From: an uncultured Candidatus Saccharibacteria bacterium
GTDB lineage: Bacteria > Patescibacteriota > Minisyncoccia > Phycocordibacterales > PALSA-1337
DNA length: 64,000 nucleotides
Direction: 5' to 3'
Assembly (NCBI GenBank): GCA_964629235.1
Contig: CAZVQB010000002.1
Location: forward strand, 4,339-68,338
Shown here in pieces: positions 53,684 to 63,141 of this stretch. The notes under the pieces are model-generated. The model did no database searches. It was not told the origin of the DNA and saw only the letters and a program-made list of their open reading frames with translations. Made by a program: the position numbers and the translations under genes. The stretch's first letter is position 1. Each line of letters starts with the position of its first letter.

Positions 53684-55507
53684 TTACTTTACCTTAAGTA
53701 CATCACGAAGTACATCTTCAGGAACCTCTCTTTTTGTGTCACTTTTTTCCTGATGATTTGTATGACTTTTATGCACTTCATTTGGTTTATGGCTATTTTG
53801 AGTATTGGTTTGATTTATACTGTTTAAATCTTTTTTAATATGTTCATCTTTATGTGCCAAAACTGATGCCAAAGCACTCTTCAATTCATTTATCCTTTGT
53901 GGGTGTGCATCCTTATGATGATTGTGAACTTTAGGTATATTTGTTAGGGAATTTAAGGATACTGATTTCAATTTTGGAAGAGTGGGATGTGGCTTTATAT
54001 GATTTACAATCTTTTCTTCAACTTTTTCTTTTTTAATTTCTTCTTTATGAACTATTGGGTTTGGATGATTATCCACAATTTTCGTATTGTCTTGCAAATT
54101 TTGATTTATAGGTTGTGTAGCTAATTGAACTGTAGGTTTTGGAGTAGGTGTTAGTGTTGGATTAGGCGCTGGTGTTGAAGTCCCCGCTGGTAAAGGATTT
54201 TTAGGGGTAATAATAGGTTTTATTGGCGCTAACCAAAGTTCAATCTTCTTTTCTACATCCACTCTCTTACTTGCAAATTGTCTTCTTGATTCTTCAATCA
54301 CCGCAGTTGCATTAGACTTCTCTGGTAGAGGAATAGGTGGCAATGTAGTAGCAGAAAATGGTGACGAACTAATACCATCGATCATCAATTTCAAATATAT
54401 TTGAAATATTCCAAGATTCACAATATCTTCAGCAGTAAACTGTGGTGCAAATTCTTTTTCCAAGACTTCTGCATCATAAGCACCCACACGGAATACAATC
54501 ATAGTTCCAACGTTTCCGAAGACCGCAGCTCTAACCTCCTCTTCCATTTGCTCTATGTACTGATGAGCCATTGTAAGATTTAATTTATATTTTCTGGCTT
54601 CAGAAAGAATATCTGCGAAGGATTCATTTGCAAAAGACTGGAATTCATCTACGAATAGATAGAAGTTTGGAAGTTTTTTTATAACATTATCAGAAACATC
54701 TGCACGAGATAGCGCAGCTAGATATATCTTGGTTATTATCATTCCTCCCAAAAGATTGGCATTTGATTCCCCGATTCTTCCTTTTGACAGGTTCACTATG
54801 AAGATCTTACTCTTATCCATCATTTCACGAATATTAAAAGAGGATTTAGGTTGACCGATCATATTTCGTATCAAAGCATTTGCTGTAAACTGACCGATTT
54901 TATTTTGAATTGCAGGAACAGCTTCGGCAGCCATTCTTTCTGTATAGTTTGCAAACTCTTGTACCCAGAATGATTTTACGGATGGATCAGTAACACACGC
55001 CACTACTTGTTTTCTAAACTCTTTATCTGAAAGCATTCTATTTACTCCAAGTAGAGTTGCATCAGGATATTCAAGTAAAGCCAGAAGAGTATTTGTAAGG
55101 ATATACTCCATTCTCGCTGACCAAGCGTCTTGCCAGATTTTTTTAAATGTACTCATGAGCCCTGATACAACCAGATGTCTTTTATCATGATCAACATTTT
55201 CAAGTACATTAAATGATATAGGGTAATCCATATCAAAAGGTGCAAAGTACACAACATCCTGCCTTCTATTCTCAGGAATATACTCTAGTAGCAATTCTGC
55301 TGTCTTACCGTGAGGATCAAGGAAAGCCATACCTTCCCCATTTTTTATATCTTGCACAGCCATGTTTTCAAGTAAAGTGGATTTACCCATACCTGTCTTA
55401 CCTATTACATAGACATGCTTTGTTCTATCTTTGGCTTTAATACCAAAATTTACCTTTTTATTTCTGGCATCAGTTTGACCAAAATATGTAATCTTTTCTT
55501 CATTCAT
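53684..55507 (-). CDS. VirD4/TraD/HerA-like P-loop ATPase with low-complexity C-tail
   Basis: Walker A GKTGMGKS, DPHG, Walker B LFVDEFQ, SEARKY, AHQ, GNVGT. Confidence 0.85.
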   Translation of the reverse strand: MNEEKITYFGQTDARNKKVNFGIKAKDRTKHVYVIGKTGMGKSTLLENMAVQDIKNGEGMAFLDPHGKTAELLLEYIPENRRQDVVYFAPFDMDYPISFNVLENVDHDKRHLVVSGLMSTFKKIWQDAWSARMEYILTNTLLALLEYPDATLLGVNRMLSDKEFRKQVVACVTDPSVKSFWVQEFANYTERMAAEAVPAIQNKIGQFTANALIRNMIGQPKSSFNIREMMDKSKIFIVNLSKGRIGESNANLLGGMIITKIYLAALSRADVSDNVIKKLPNFYLFVDEFQSFANESFADILSEARKYKLNLTMAHQYIEQMEEEVRAAVFGNVGTMIVFRVGAYDAEVLEKEFAPQFTAEDIVNLGIFQIYLKLMIDGISSSPFSATTLPPIPLPEKSNATAVIEESRRQFASKRVDVEKKIELWLAPIKPIITPKNPLPAGTSTPAPNPTLTPTPKPTVQLATQPINQNLQDNTKIVDNHPNPIVHKEEIKKEKVEEKIVNHIKPHPTLPKLKSVSLNSLTNIPKVHNHHKDAHPQRINELKSALASVLAHKDEHIKKDLNSINQTNTQNSHKPNEVHKSHTNHQEKSDTKREVPEDVLRDVLKVK

Positions 55508-55559
55508 ATGGAGTTCTATATGTATAATATTTTACCATGGTTTTTTATATTAAGTATAG

Positions 55560-57110
55560 TTAATTATGTTTGTATATTGTAAATAAATTATCACCATATA
55601 CCCTCTTCAAATTTGAGTATTTTAACAGATCATTGTGATTATCTTGTATAATATATTGAATATCGTATTTTTCTAGGTTTTTTAATATCTTTTCTTTTAT
55701 ATTTGAACTCATAGCATCATAAATTCTGTCTGGTTTTGATATCCATTGACCAGCATATAATGTCCAAAAAACATAATTTCTTGAATAAAGTGGAATGTAC
55801 TGTGAAAGAGATTCCGGGGCAATAAATACGGAGTCTTTGGAGTTAGATTTTATCCATTCAAGTATGGGGATGTATCTTTGAATGTAAATAGTATAGTCTA
55901 GAGAATTTTTATATGAATTAATTTGGATCAAAATCGAATTAACAATACAAAGAATAGATAGTAAGAATATTATTGCAATACTGGTTTTTGATTTTGTATT
56001 ATCTCTTAAAAATTCTTTAATAAAATAAATTACAACAATAACCAAAATCGGACTGAATACATACATTTCAAAATGACTATATTGCATTACAAGTCCAGTT
56101 AGAACATGCTCATTTCTAGTTAAAAAACATGCAGATATTAGGCCTGAAATAAATATAAATTCATCACTGATGATTTTACTTCTTTTATAAACCAGAAAGA
56201 GCAGAATGAAGCAGACTACAAAAATTGATACACCAAATAGACTGACATCCGGAACATGACTCATCCTTAGGTATTCATGTGGAATAGTTAAATAGTATTC
56301 ATGTGACATCAGATTAACAATTTGATAAAAGACTGGAATAGCCAATAACATACCTAATGCGAAACTAACAACAAGACCCTTAAGTTTGTCGGATTCCTTT
56401 CTAAAAAAATAAATCCCGATAAGAACTAAATTTAGGACAGTTAAATACGCATAGGTAAAAAAATAAATATAGAATGATATACAGAAGAAAATACCGAGGA
56501 TGATATACCATAGTCTAGTATTCTTTTTAATTGCCAAAAATAAAATATTCAGATACAAAAGAAAATATAATGAGCTAAATTGTGGATTAACCGGTCTGGA
56601 GAATATCAAAAACTGATTTTCCTCTACTCTAAACCTAAATAAATTGATGAGATCGTGAATATTTAGTAAATCCTCAAAATTTAGAAGATTATACCCCAAA
56701 ACGATTAATAGGGATCCTAAAATAGACAGAGGCGAATCTTTAGCGATTCTATTGATAATTAAATAAGATAAAATAAAAATAATGATTGGCAATACGAATT
56801 CATATACAATTTTTAAATCTAAAATATTTATATTCATCAAGATGCCTGGCATTGCTAGTATCATTGATGAAAGAGATGAATCGAAGTGTGGAAAATTATA
56901 GCCATACTCTTTTATAAAAGGATTACAATTAAACGTACAACCACTGTATACTCCGTGAATTTTATTTAGGTACAATGACTCTGCATCGGTATTCATTATT
57001 GGTATACCACTAAAACTAGCACTATTTATAAAGAGAATATTTGGAATTACATAAATAACACCACACATAATAGCAGCAACAAGTACTAAGAGTAATTTCT
57101 TTGAAATCAT
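55560..57110 (-). CDS. Polytopic membrane protein, GT-C-like; candidate pilin glycosyltransferase
   Basis: About 12 TMs, DAESLY in first loop, SRPVNP, soluble C-terminus; directly downstream of the pilin. ATG 57110 lies outside the terminator. Confidence 0.5.
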   Translation of the reverse strand: MISKKLLLVLVAAIMCGVIYVIPNILFINSASFSGIPIMNTDAESLYLNKIHGVYSGCTFNCNPFIKEYGYNFPHFDSSLSSMILAMPGILMNINILDLKIVYEFVLPIIIFILSYLIINRIAKDSPLSILGSLLIVLGYNLLNFEDLLNIHDLINLFRFRVEENQFLIFSRPVNPQFSSLYFLLYLNILFLAIKKNTRLWYIILGIFFCISFYIYFFTYAYLTVLNLVLIGIYFFRKESDKLKGLVVSFALGMLLAIPVFYQIVNLMSHEYYLTIPHEYLRMSHVPDVSLFGVSIFVVCFILLFLVYKRSKIISDEFIFISGLISACFLTRNEHVLTGLVMQYSHFEMYVFSPILVIVVIYFIKEFLRDNTKSKTSIAIIFLLSILCIVNSILIQINSYKNSLDYTIYIQRYIPILEWIKSNSKDSVFIAPESLSQYIPLYSRNYVFWTLYAGQWISKPDRIYDAMSSNIKEKILKNLEKYDIQYIIQDNHNDLLKYSNLKRVYGDNLFTIYKHN

Positions 57111-57118
57111 AAATAAAT

Positions 57119-57159
57119 TATACATTAAAAAACACCCATAGGGTGTTTTTTAATGTATA
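57119..57159 (-). terminator. Strong terminator after the pilin gene
   Basis: Perfect 19-bp inverted repeat TATACATTAAAAAACACCC-ATA-GGGTGTTTTTTAATGTATA. Confidence 0.85.
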
Positions 57160-57179
57160 CAAAATACTAATAAATAGTA

Positions 57180-57659
57180 TTAAGACGCAGGACAAGCATA
57201 AGTTGAAGCGGCAAGAGCTGTTGTAACTTGTCTTGAAGCTCCTGTACTATCTACACACCAAGCTACTATTGCTCCAGACGCTGAAGCCTTAAGTGGAACG
57301 ATTGCTGCCCAAGCTGTTGATGAATCGTGGCATTGTGATGTGTTATATGTTGAAGCAGTACCATCAGCTAAAGTTGGTGCAGCAACTCCATAAGCAGCAT
57401 TCGCAGCAATAACACTATCACCAATAACATTTGCTCCTGTTAGTGCACATACACCATCGTATGATGATGTTCCATTATCATAGAACAATTCAGCCTCTGC
57501 TCTAGCGCCAGATAGGTTTGACTTTACAGCAGTATCAGCTCCCTTTGAACGTGCTGTGTTTAGTGAAGCCAAAACAACTGATGACAATATACCGATAATA
57601 GCGATAACTACAAGCAACTCAATCAATGTAAAACCTTTTTGCAAATATGATTTCTTCAT
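57180..57659 (-). CDS. pilA: Type IV major pilin
   Basis: Class III signal KG|FTLIELLVVIAIIGIL with Glu5, four Cys, Ala/Ser/Thr-rich; own terminator. Confidence 0.88.
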   Translation of the reverse strand: MKKSYLQKGFTLIELLVVIAIIGILSSVVLASLNTARSKGADTAVKSNLSGARAEAELFYDNGTSSYDGVCALTGANVIGDSVIAANAAYGVAAPTLADGTASTYNTSQCHDSSTAWAAIVPLKASASGAIVAWCVDSTGASRQVTTALAASTYACPAS

Positions 57660-57766
57660 AACGAAATAATTAACTTAATAAATAAACTAATAATTAACTT
57701 ATGCCGTAAGTATATCAAACCTCAAAAAAATAGTGCAATATCGTTTGGGGATAAGTATAGGACAAC

Positions 57767-58975
57767 TTATTGCGAACTAGCCACGTTGTAAATAGGTATA
57801 AGGACTGAAGCGAGCAAAGTAGCAACACCAAGTCCAAGTAGAACGATCATAGCTGGTTCTATAAGATCTACTAGAGCATCAACAGCAGTTACAACTTCTC
57901 TTGAATAAAATTTAGCCAAAGTTTTAAGTATTGCTCCAAGTTCTCCTGATTCTTCACCAACTCTCATCATTTGAATCATAATTCCAGGAATTTCTCCATT
58001 ACCAGATAGAGCTTCTGACACTGTCTTTCCTGCTTTTACTGAATCTACCGCATCAGAGATTATTTTTTTATATATACTATTGTTAATAACTGAAGAAGTA
58101 AGCTCCAATGATCTAATCATAGGAATTCCAGACATAAGCATAGTATTCATATTGTCAGAAAGTCTAGCCCAGTATAGTTTTCTAAAAAGATTACTTAAAT
58201 AAGGGATATTGAGCTTAAATTGATCGAAGACAATTGCTCCACTAGGTGTTCTTACATATTTTACAACTATAAACCCTACGATCATGACAACAGCGAGCAT
58301 AATAAAACCATTTGCAACCATAAAATTACTAATTCCCAAAACTATTTTTGTATAAATTGGTATATCCTGACCAGACTCAGTCAAAATTGCACTAATCTTT
58401 GGTATAACCATAGTAAACATGAGTATCATCACAGTTATAAAAGTCATCATAACGAAAGCTGGATATATAAGTGCGCTCTTTGCTTTTGATACAAGTTCAT
58501 ATGTTCTATCTAGATAATCAGCTAGATATGCAAAAGTTTCATTGAGTTTACCAGATTCTTCACCTGCTTTTACCATACTCACGTAAAACTCTGAAAATAC
58601 CTTTGGATGCTTTTCAAGTGCACCAGATATCTGACTTCCTGCTTGTAGATCATCAGCTATTTGAATCAATTTTGCACCCAAAACTTTATTTTCACTTTCT
58701 GCACCTAAAAGTCTAAATATTCTCAAAGCAGAAACTTGTGCTTCAAAAAGTGTTGCCAACTGCCTTGAAAGAATAACTATATCTTTGTTTGAAACCCTAT
58801 CAAGAAAAGATAGATTCATTGAAAGTAATCCTGTCTTTTTATCTGCTTCGTTTATAGAAGTAATCACCAAACCTCTTCTCTGTAGAGATGCAATAGCGAT
58901 ATCAACATTTGCAGCATCTATAGAGCCTTTTTGTGGTGTTCCAGCTTGATCTACTGATTGATAATTAAAAAGCAT
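57767..58975 (-). CDS. pilC: Type IV pilus platform protein
   Basis: GspF repeats SRQLATL, AGEESGKL, ALIYP, VGEESGEL, LIEP. Confidence 0.93.
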   Translation of the reverse strand: MLFNYQSVDQAGTPQKGSIDAANVDIAIASLQRRGLVITSINEADKKTGLLSMNLSFLDRVSNKDIVILSRQLATLFEAQVSALRIFRLLGAESENKVLGAKLIQIADDLQAGSQISGALEKHPKVFSEFYVSMVKAGEESGKLNETFAYLADYLDRTYELVSKAKSALIYPAFVMMTFITVMILMFTMVIPKISAILTESGQDIPIYTKIVLGISNFMVANGFIMLAVVMIVGFIVVKYVRTPSGAIVFDQFKLNIPYLSNLFRKLYWARLSDNMNTMLMSGIPMIRSLELTSSVINNSIYKKIISDAVDSVKAGKTVSEALSGNGEIPGIMIQMMRVGEESGELGAILKTLAKFYSREVVTAVDALVDLIEPAMIVLLGLGVATLLASVLIPIYNVASSQ

Positions 58976-58985
58976 TGTAAAAATA

Positions 58986-60044
58986 TTATATCATTCTTTC
59001 TAAATTTTTTGGATTAACTGAATTTATATATGCATTCTCAGGACTAATCTCTCCTCTTCTTACGAGTTCGGCTAGTGAACGATTCATATCAATCATACCT
59101 TCTGCAGAACTTGTCTCTATAACAGTATTTATTTCATGTATTCTTTTTTCTCGAATAAGATTTGCTACAGCGGAATTGTTTATCAAAAGTTCATATGCAG
59201 GTATTAGACCGCCTGATATTCTAGGAATCAATCTTTGAGAGAAAATACCAGTCATACTTCCAGCAAGTTGTACTCTTATCTGATCCTGTTGCGAAGCTGG
59301 GAAAGAGTCGATGATACGGTTAATTGTCTGTGATGCTGTATTTGTATGTAGAGTTGAGAATACCAAGTGACCTGTTTCAGCTGCTGTTACTGCTGTAGAT
59401 ATAGTCTCTGGATCTCTCATTTCACCTACCAAAGCAACATCTATATCCTCTCGAAACATCGCAATCAAAGCATTCTTGAAGTCTGGTGTATCTATTCTAA
59501 CCTCTCTTTGATCAATAATGGATTTCTTCGATTCATAAATATACTCGATAGGATCTTCGATTGTCATGATATGTTCATTTCTAGTTTGATTTATTATTTC
59601 AATCAAAGAAGCCAAAGTCGTACTCTTTCCTTGCCCAATCGGACCTACACATAAAAAGAATCCTTGTTGTTTTCTAGTAAAAGATTCAAGGATAGGTGGG
59701 AGATTCAACTCTGTAAGAGTTTTGATTTGTTTTGGAATAAGTCTAAGTGCAATAGATATAAGTCCTTGCCTGTAGTATGCATTTCCACGAAATCTTGCAT
59801 TTGTTAGACTGTAAGAAAAGTCTACATCTTTATCTTTAGCAAAGAGTTCTTTATTTTCATCAGAAAGAAAAGTATTTATATAACCTTTCATATCTGCTGC
59901 TGTAATGACAGATTTCTTAGCTAGAGGTATAAGACTTCCAGAGACTCGAATAAGCGGATTTCTACCTTCAGAAAGATGAAGGTCTGATGCGCCTTCATTT
60001 ATCACTGTTGTAACAAGTTCTTCTATATCTCTTTTATAATCCAT
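58986..60044 (-). CDS. pilT: Type IV pilus retraction ATPase
   Basis: ASDLHL, GPIGQGKSTT, TIEDPIE, GEMRD, AAETGHLVFSTLH, AVANLIRE. Confidence 0.93.
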   Translation of the reverse strand: MDYKRDIEELVTTVINEGASDLHLSEGRNPLIRVSGSLIPLAKKSVITAADMKGYINTFLSDENKELFAKDKDVDFSYSLTNARFRGNAYYRQGLISIALRLIPKQIKTLTELNLPPILESFTRKQQGFFLCVGPIGQGKSTTLASLIEIINQTRNEHIMTIEDPIEYIYESKKSIIDQREVRIDTPDFKNALIAMFREDIDVALVGEMRDPETISTAVTAAETGHLVFSTLHTNTASQTINRIIDSFPASQQDQIRVQLAGSMTGIFSQRLIPRISGGLIPAYELLINNSAVANLIREKRIHEINTVIETSSAEGMIDMNRSLAELVRRGEISPENAYINSVNPKNLERMI

Positions 60045-60064
60045 ATGATTTAATTATGAAAAAA

Positions 60065-60451
60065 CTATTTTTTAATATGTGAACAAATCTTCTCTACCTC
60101 AGACATAACTTCAGAAGGAATTGTTGTTGCTTTTATTATATAACCATCTACATTCAAAGCTTTAGCTCTAGCGATATCATCAGGAAGGCCTTGATTTGTT
60201 AACATAATTATAACTGATTTTTTTACCAAACCCTCTTTTCTTAAATTTGAAAGTAATTCGATACCATCCATTCCTGGCATTACAATATCTAAAAGTAAAA
60301 TATCTGGTTCCAATCCATCTCTAATCAACTTCAATGCCTCTTCCGTATCTGCTGATGTATGAACTATAAAATCATTCTTTGAAAATTTCAGAGAATACAT
60401 ATCTAACAGAAACTTATCATCATCTACAAAAAGTATTGAGCGTGGTTTCAT
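60065..60451 (-). CDS. Single-domain response regulator (CheY-like receiver)
   Basis: VDDD, LLDIVMPGMDG, MLTN, YIIK. Confidence 0.88.
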   Translation of the reverse strand: MKPRSILFVDDDKFLLDMYSLKFSKNDFIVHTSADTEEALKLIRDGLEPDILLLDIVMPGMDGIELLSNLRKEGLVKKSVIIMLTNQGLPDDIARAKALNVDGYIIKATTIPSEVMSEVEKICSHIKK

Positions 60452-60473
60452 GTATATATTATATCATAATAAA

Positions 60474-62189
60474 TTAGAGCTTATTCACTTCTTCAAATGG
60501 TATTTTCTTTTCAAATGCCTTTAGCATTGCATCTTCCTTCATAGTAATCATACCTTTTTGCCTTAACAATCTACTTATTTCTAATTCAGTAGGACTCTTC
60601 AGAATCACATTTTCTATTTCTTTATCCATTTTGAATATTTCAAATATCGCCATACGTCCTCTAGTACCCTTTGGACAGTCTGGAGTCGGCTCTATTCCAT
60701 ATACTGTATCTGAAAAAGGTATTTCTTTTTTGAATTGTTCTGGTAAATCAGAAAATTGTTTATCAATCATCATTTTTATACTTCCATCTACCGGTATTGG
60801 TTTTCCTGCTCCAGGTGGGAATGTAGAAACAAGTCTTTGAGCAATAGCTAGAATAAGGGTAGGGGCAATAAGATACGGATCTACTCCCATGTCTATAAGA
60901 CGCGGAATAACACCAGCAGAGTTGTTGGTGTGTAGAGTTGAGAATACCAAGTGACCAGTAAGCGCAGCTTGCACAGCAAGCTGCGCAGTCTCTTTGTCTC
61001 GGATCTCACCCACCATGATTATATCTGGATCTTGTCTAAGTGTTGTTCTAAGTCCAGATGCGAAAGTATAACCAATCTCGGGATGAACTTGTGATTGACT
61101 CACACCATCCATATTGTATTCAATCGGATCTTCAAGAGAAAGAACATTCATAGTCTCTCGATCGACTTCATTTAACATAGAATATAGAGTTGTTGATTTT
61201 CCGGAACCTGTTGGACCAGTAATGAGAATAAGTCCGTATGGCCTTGTAATTGCATCTTTTATCAAAGCGAGATTCTTTGGTGTTAAACTCATATCATCAA
61301 TCTTTTTTACTCCTTTTTCTTGATCAAGGATACGCATCACAACTTTTTCTCCATAATATGCTGGGAATGTTGAAACTCGGAAGTCGATTTTTCTTCCATC
61401 TATACGAGCAGAGAATCTACCGTCTTGTGGTTTTCTCTTTTCATCAAGTTTCATATTACACAAAACCTTAATACGAGCCACAACCGCATTGTGTACTTGA
61501 GGTGGAAGAACCAAACTTGTGTTTAAAGTACCATCCACACGGAATCTAACACGAACTTTATCTCTCATATGTTCTATATGAACGTCAGAGGCATTGCCCT
61601 CTGTAGCATATCGGACGATAGTAGCCACAATCTTTATAACAGGAGCATCTTCTATGATAACTGCATCATTTTTCTTTTCAGTTTTACTTTGGGCAATATC
61701 AATAGTTGCTGCTTTATCTACAGATAGTACAGATTCTAGTTCAGTAAGAGCCTTTGACACTTCTCCACCGATACCTTTGTATGAATCGATTACCTTTTGA
61801 AAATCATCAATAGTAATCAAAAAAACTTTATAAGGAATATTTTTTTTAGAAGCAATAAAATTCAAAGCGTCTCTAGCTTCAATATTGTCCGGATCGACAA
61901 TTCCAACTTCTAGAGTGCTATCGTGTAACCCAATTGGTACGAATTTATAATGTTTTGCTGATTCTTCAGGAATATAATCTAGTGCTTCAAAAGGCACAAG
62001 AGTATCACCTAGGGCTTTTACTGGAATATTCAGGAATTCACCCCTTGCTGTAAGAATATCTTCAGGTCTGATGCCTTTTTCAATTAGTATTTTATCCAAA
62101 GCCTCACCTTTTGCAGCGATTTTCTTTATTTCTGCAACATCATCTTTGGTTATAAGATTTTTATTTAGTAAAATATCAACTATACTCAT
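60474..62189 (-). CDS. pilB: Type IV pilus assembly ATPase
   Basis: ASDVHIE, RFRVDG, PQDGR, GPTGSGKSTT, LRQDPD, GEIRD, TGHLVFSTLHTN. Confidence 0.93.
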   Translation of the reverse strand: MSIVDILLNKNLITKDDVAEIKKIAAKGEALDKILIEKGIRPEDILTARGEFLNIPVKALGDTLVPFEALDYIPEESAKHYKFVPIGLHDSTLEVGIVDPDNIEARDALNFIASKKNIPYKVFLITIDDFQKVIDSYKGIGGEVSKALTELESVLSVDKAATIDIAQSKTEKKNDAVIIEDAPVIKIVATIVRYATEGNASDVHIEHMRDKVRVRFRVDGTLNTSLVLPPQVHNAVVARIKVLCNMKLDEKRKPQDGRFSARIDGRKIDFRVSTFPAYYGEKVVMRILDQEKGVKKIDDMSLTPKNLALIKDAITRPYGLILITGPTGSGKSTTLYSMLNEVDRETMNVLSLEDPIEYNMDGVSQSQVHPEIGYTFASGLRTTLRQDPDIIMVGEIRDKETAQLAVQAALTGHLVFSTLHTNNSAGVIPRLIDMGVDPYLIAPTLILAIAQRLVSTFPPGAGKPIPVDGSIKMMIDKQFSDLPEQFKKEIPFSDTVYGIEPTPDCPKGTRGRMAIFEIFKMDKEIENVILKSPTELEISRLLRQKGMITMKEDAMLKAFEKKIPFEEVNKL

Positions 62190-62194
62190 AAATT

Positions 62195-62563
62195 TTAATT
62201 CGATGAACCTTTAGGTAGCTTTATCGAGGTAGACGATGGAACTGAAGCACCTCCAGTTGGTGCAAACGGGTTTGGTCGACCGACATTCTGTTCTGGAATA
62301 GTTATCGTATAATCAACCAAAGAATTATATACTGGAGATTTAAAAATCTCACCATCAATCTTAAGTGAACTTATCGTGTTTAACAGTATCAATACCCTAC
62401 TAGCAGCGGCTTGAGCACCAACTGATGCAACGGTACTAGTAGTAGTCAATGAAGAACCAGTGTCAGTTGGTGTTCCTTTATAATAAAAATAAATTCCAAG
62501 TGACACTACTACTATTAGTATCAAAGCGATGAATGTTCCTTTTGATGGTGATTGTTGTTGCAT
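62195..62563 (-). CDS. PilP-like pilus accessory protein
   Basis: N-terminal TM, GRPNPF motif (compare PilP RxPF), position after pilO. Confidence 0.5.
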   Translation of the reverse strand: MQQQSPSKGTFIALILIVVVSLGIYFYYKGTPTDTGSSLTTTSTVASVGAQAAASRVLILLNTISSLKIDGEIFKSPVYNSLVDYTITIPEQNVGRPNPFAPTGGASVPSSTSIKLPKGSSN

Positions 62564-62567
62564 AATA

Positions 62568-63140
62568 TTATTGTTTTAACCAAAATGTTTTAACTTCTAC
62601 ATTGTAATCATATACACCAGTGTCGTTTGATTTTACTGTAATTTTTGAAATCTCAATAATTCTTAGACTTGCCTCTATATCTTTTAGGAAGTTTAGGAAA
62701 TTTTGATAATTACTTGATACATCAAAACTAAGAGTAACCGTACTATATGTGCTTTGTGTAGAACCATCACCAGAAACTTGATCAATACCAGGATTAGCAA
62801 CTGGTTCGGACGCATCCTTTGGAGTAGTAGTCTTTACATTTTTCATTACAATACCGTGTCTTGCTGCAACTCCACTTATATCTATTATAAGACGAACATT
62901 ATCGACATTATCTGGTAGAATTTTTTCTAATCTCTCTTGGTCATCTATGCCGATTTTATTGTAATTATCTTTTACAGCATCTCTAACCTTTATCAATTTT
63001 TCAGAATTTTCAAGTGCTTGTTCATACTGAGCATTTACTTGTCTTATAGCTTGTAATTCATCAATTTTCGCACGAGTAAAGGTAAAGTATATTCCAACCG
63101 CCAAGACTATTAGTATTAATGGTGTAACATTCTTATTCAT
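62568..63140 (-). CDS. pilO: PilO-like pilus alignment protein
   Basis: TM + coiled coil, ILPD, YQNFLNFLKDIEASLRII; operon position. Confidence 0.75.
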   Translation of the reverse strand: MNKNVTPLILIVLAVGIYFTFTRAKIDELQAIRQVNAQYEQALENSEKLIKVRDAVKDNYNKIGIDDQERLEKILPDNVDNVRLIIDISGVAARHGIVMKNVKTTTPKDASEPVANPGIDQVSGDGSTQSTYSTVTLSFDVSSNYQNFLNFLKDIEASLRIIEISKITVKSNDTGVYDYNVEVKTFWLKQ

Positions 63141-63141
63141 A

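Noticed and set aside
53684-55507. Conjugative element/ICE
   Set aside because: No relaxase, integrase, VirB genes or att repeats visible.
57119-57159. MITE or transposon end
   Set aside because: Single copy directly after the pilin, with T-tracts; explained as a terminator.
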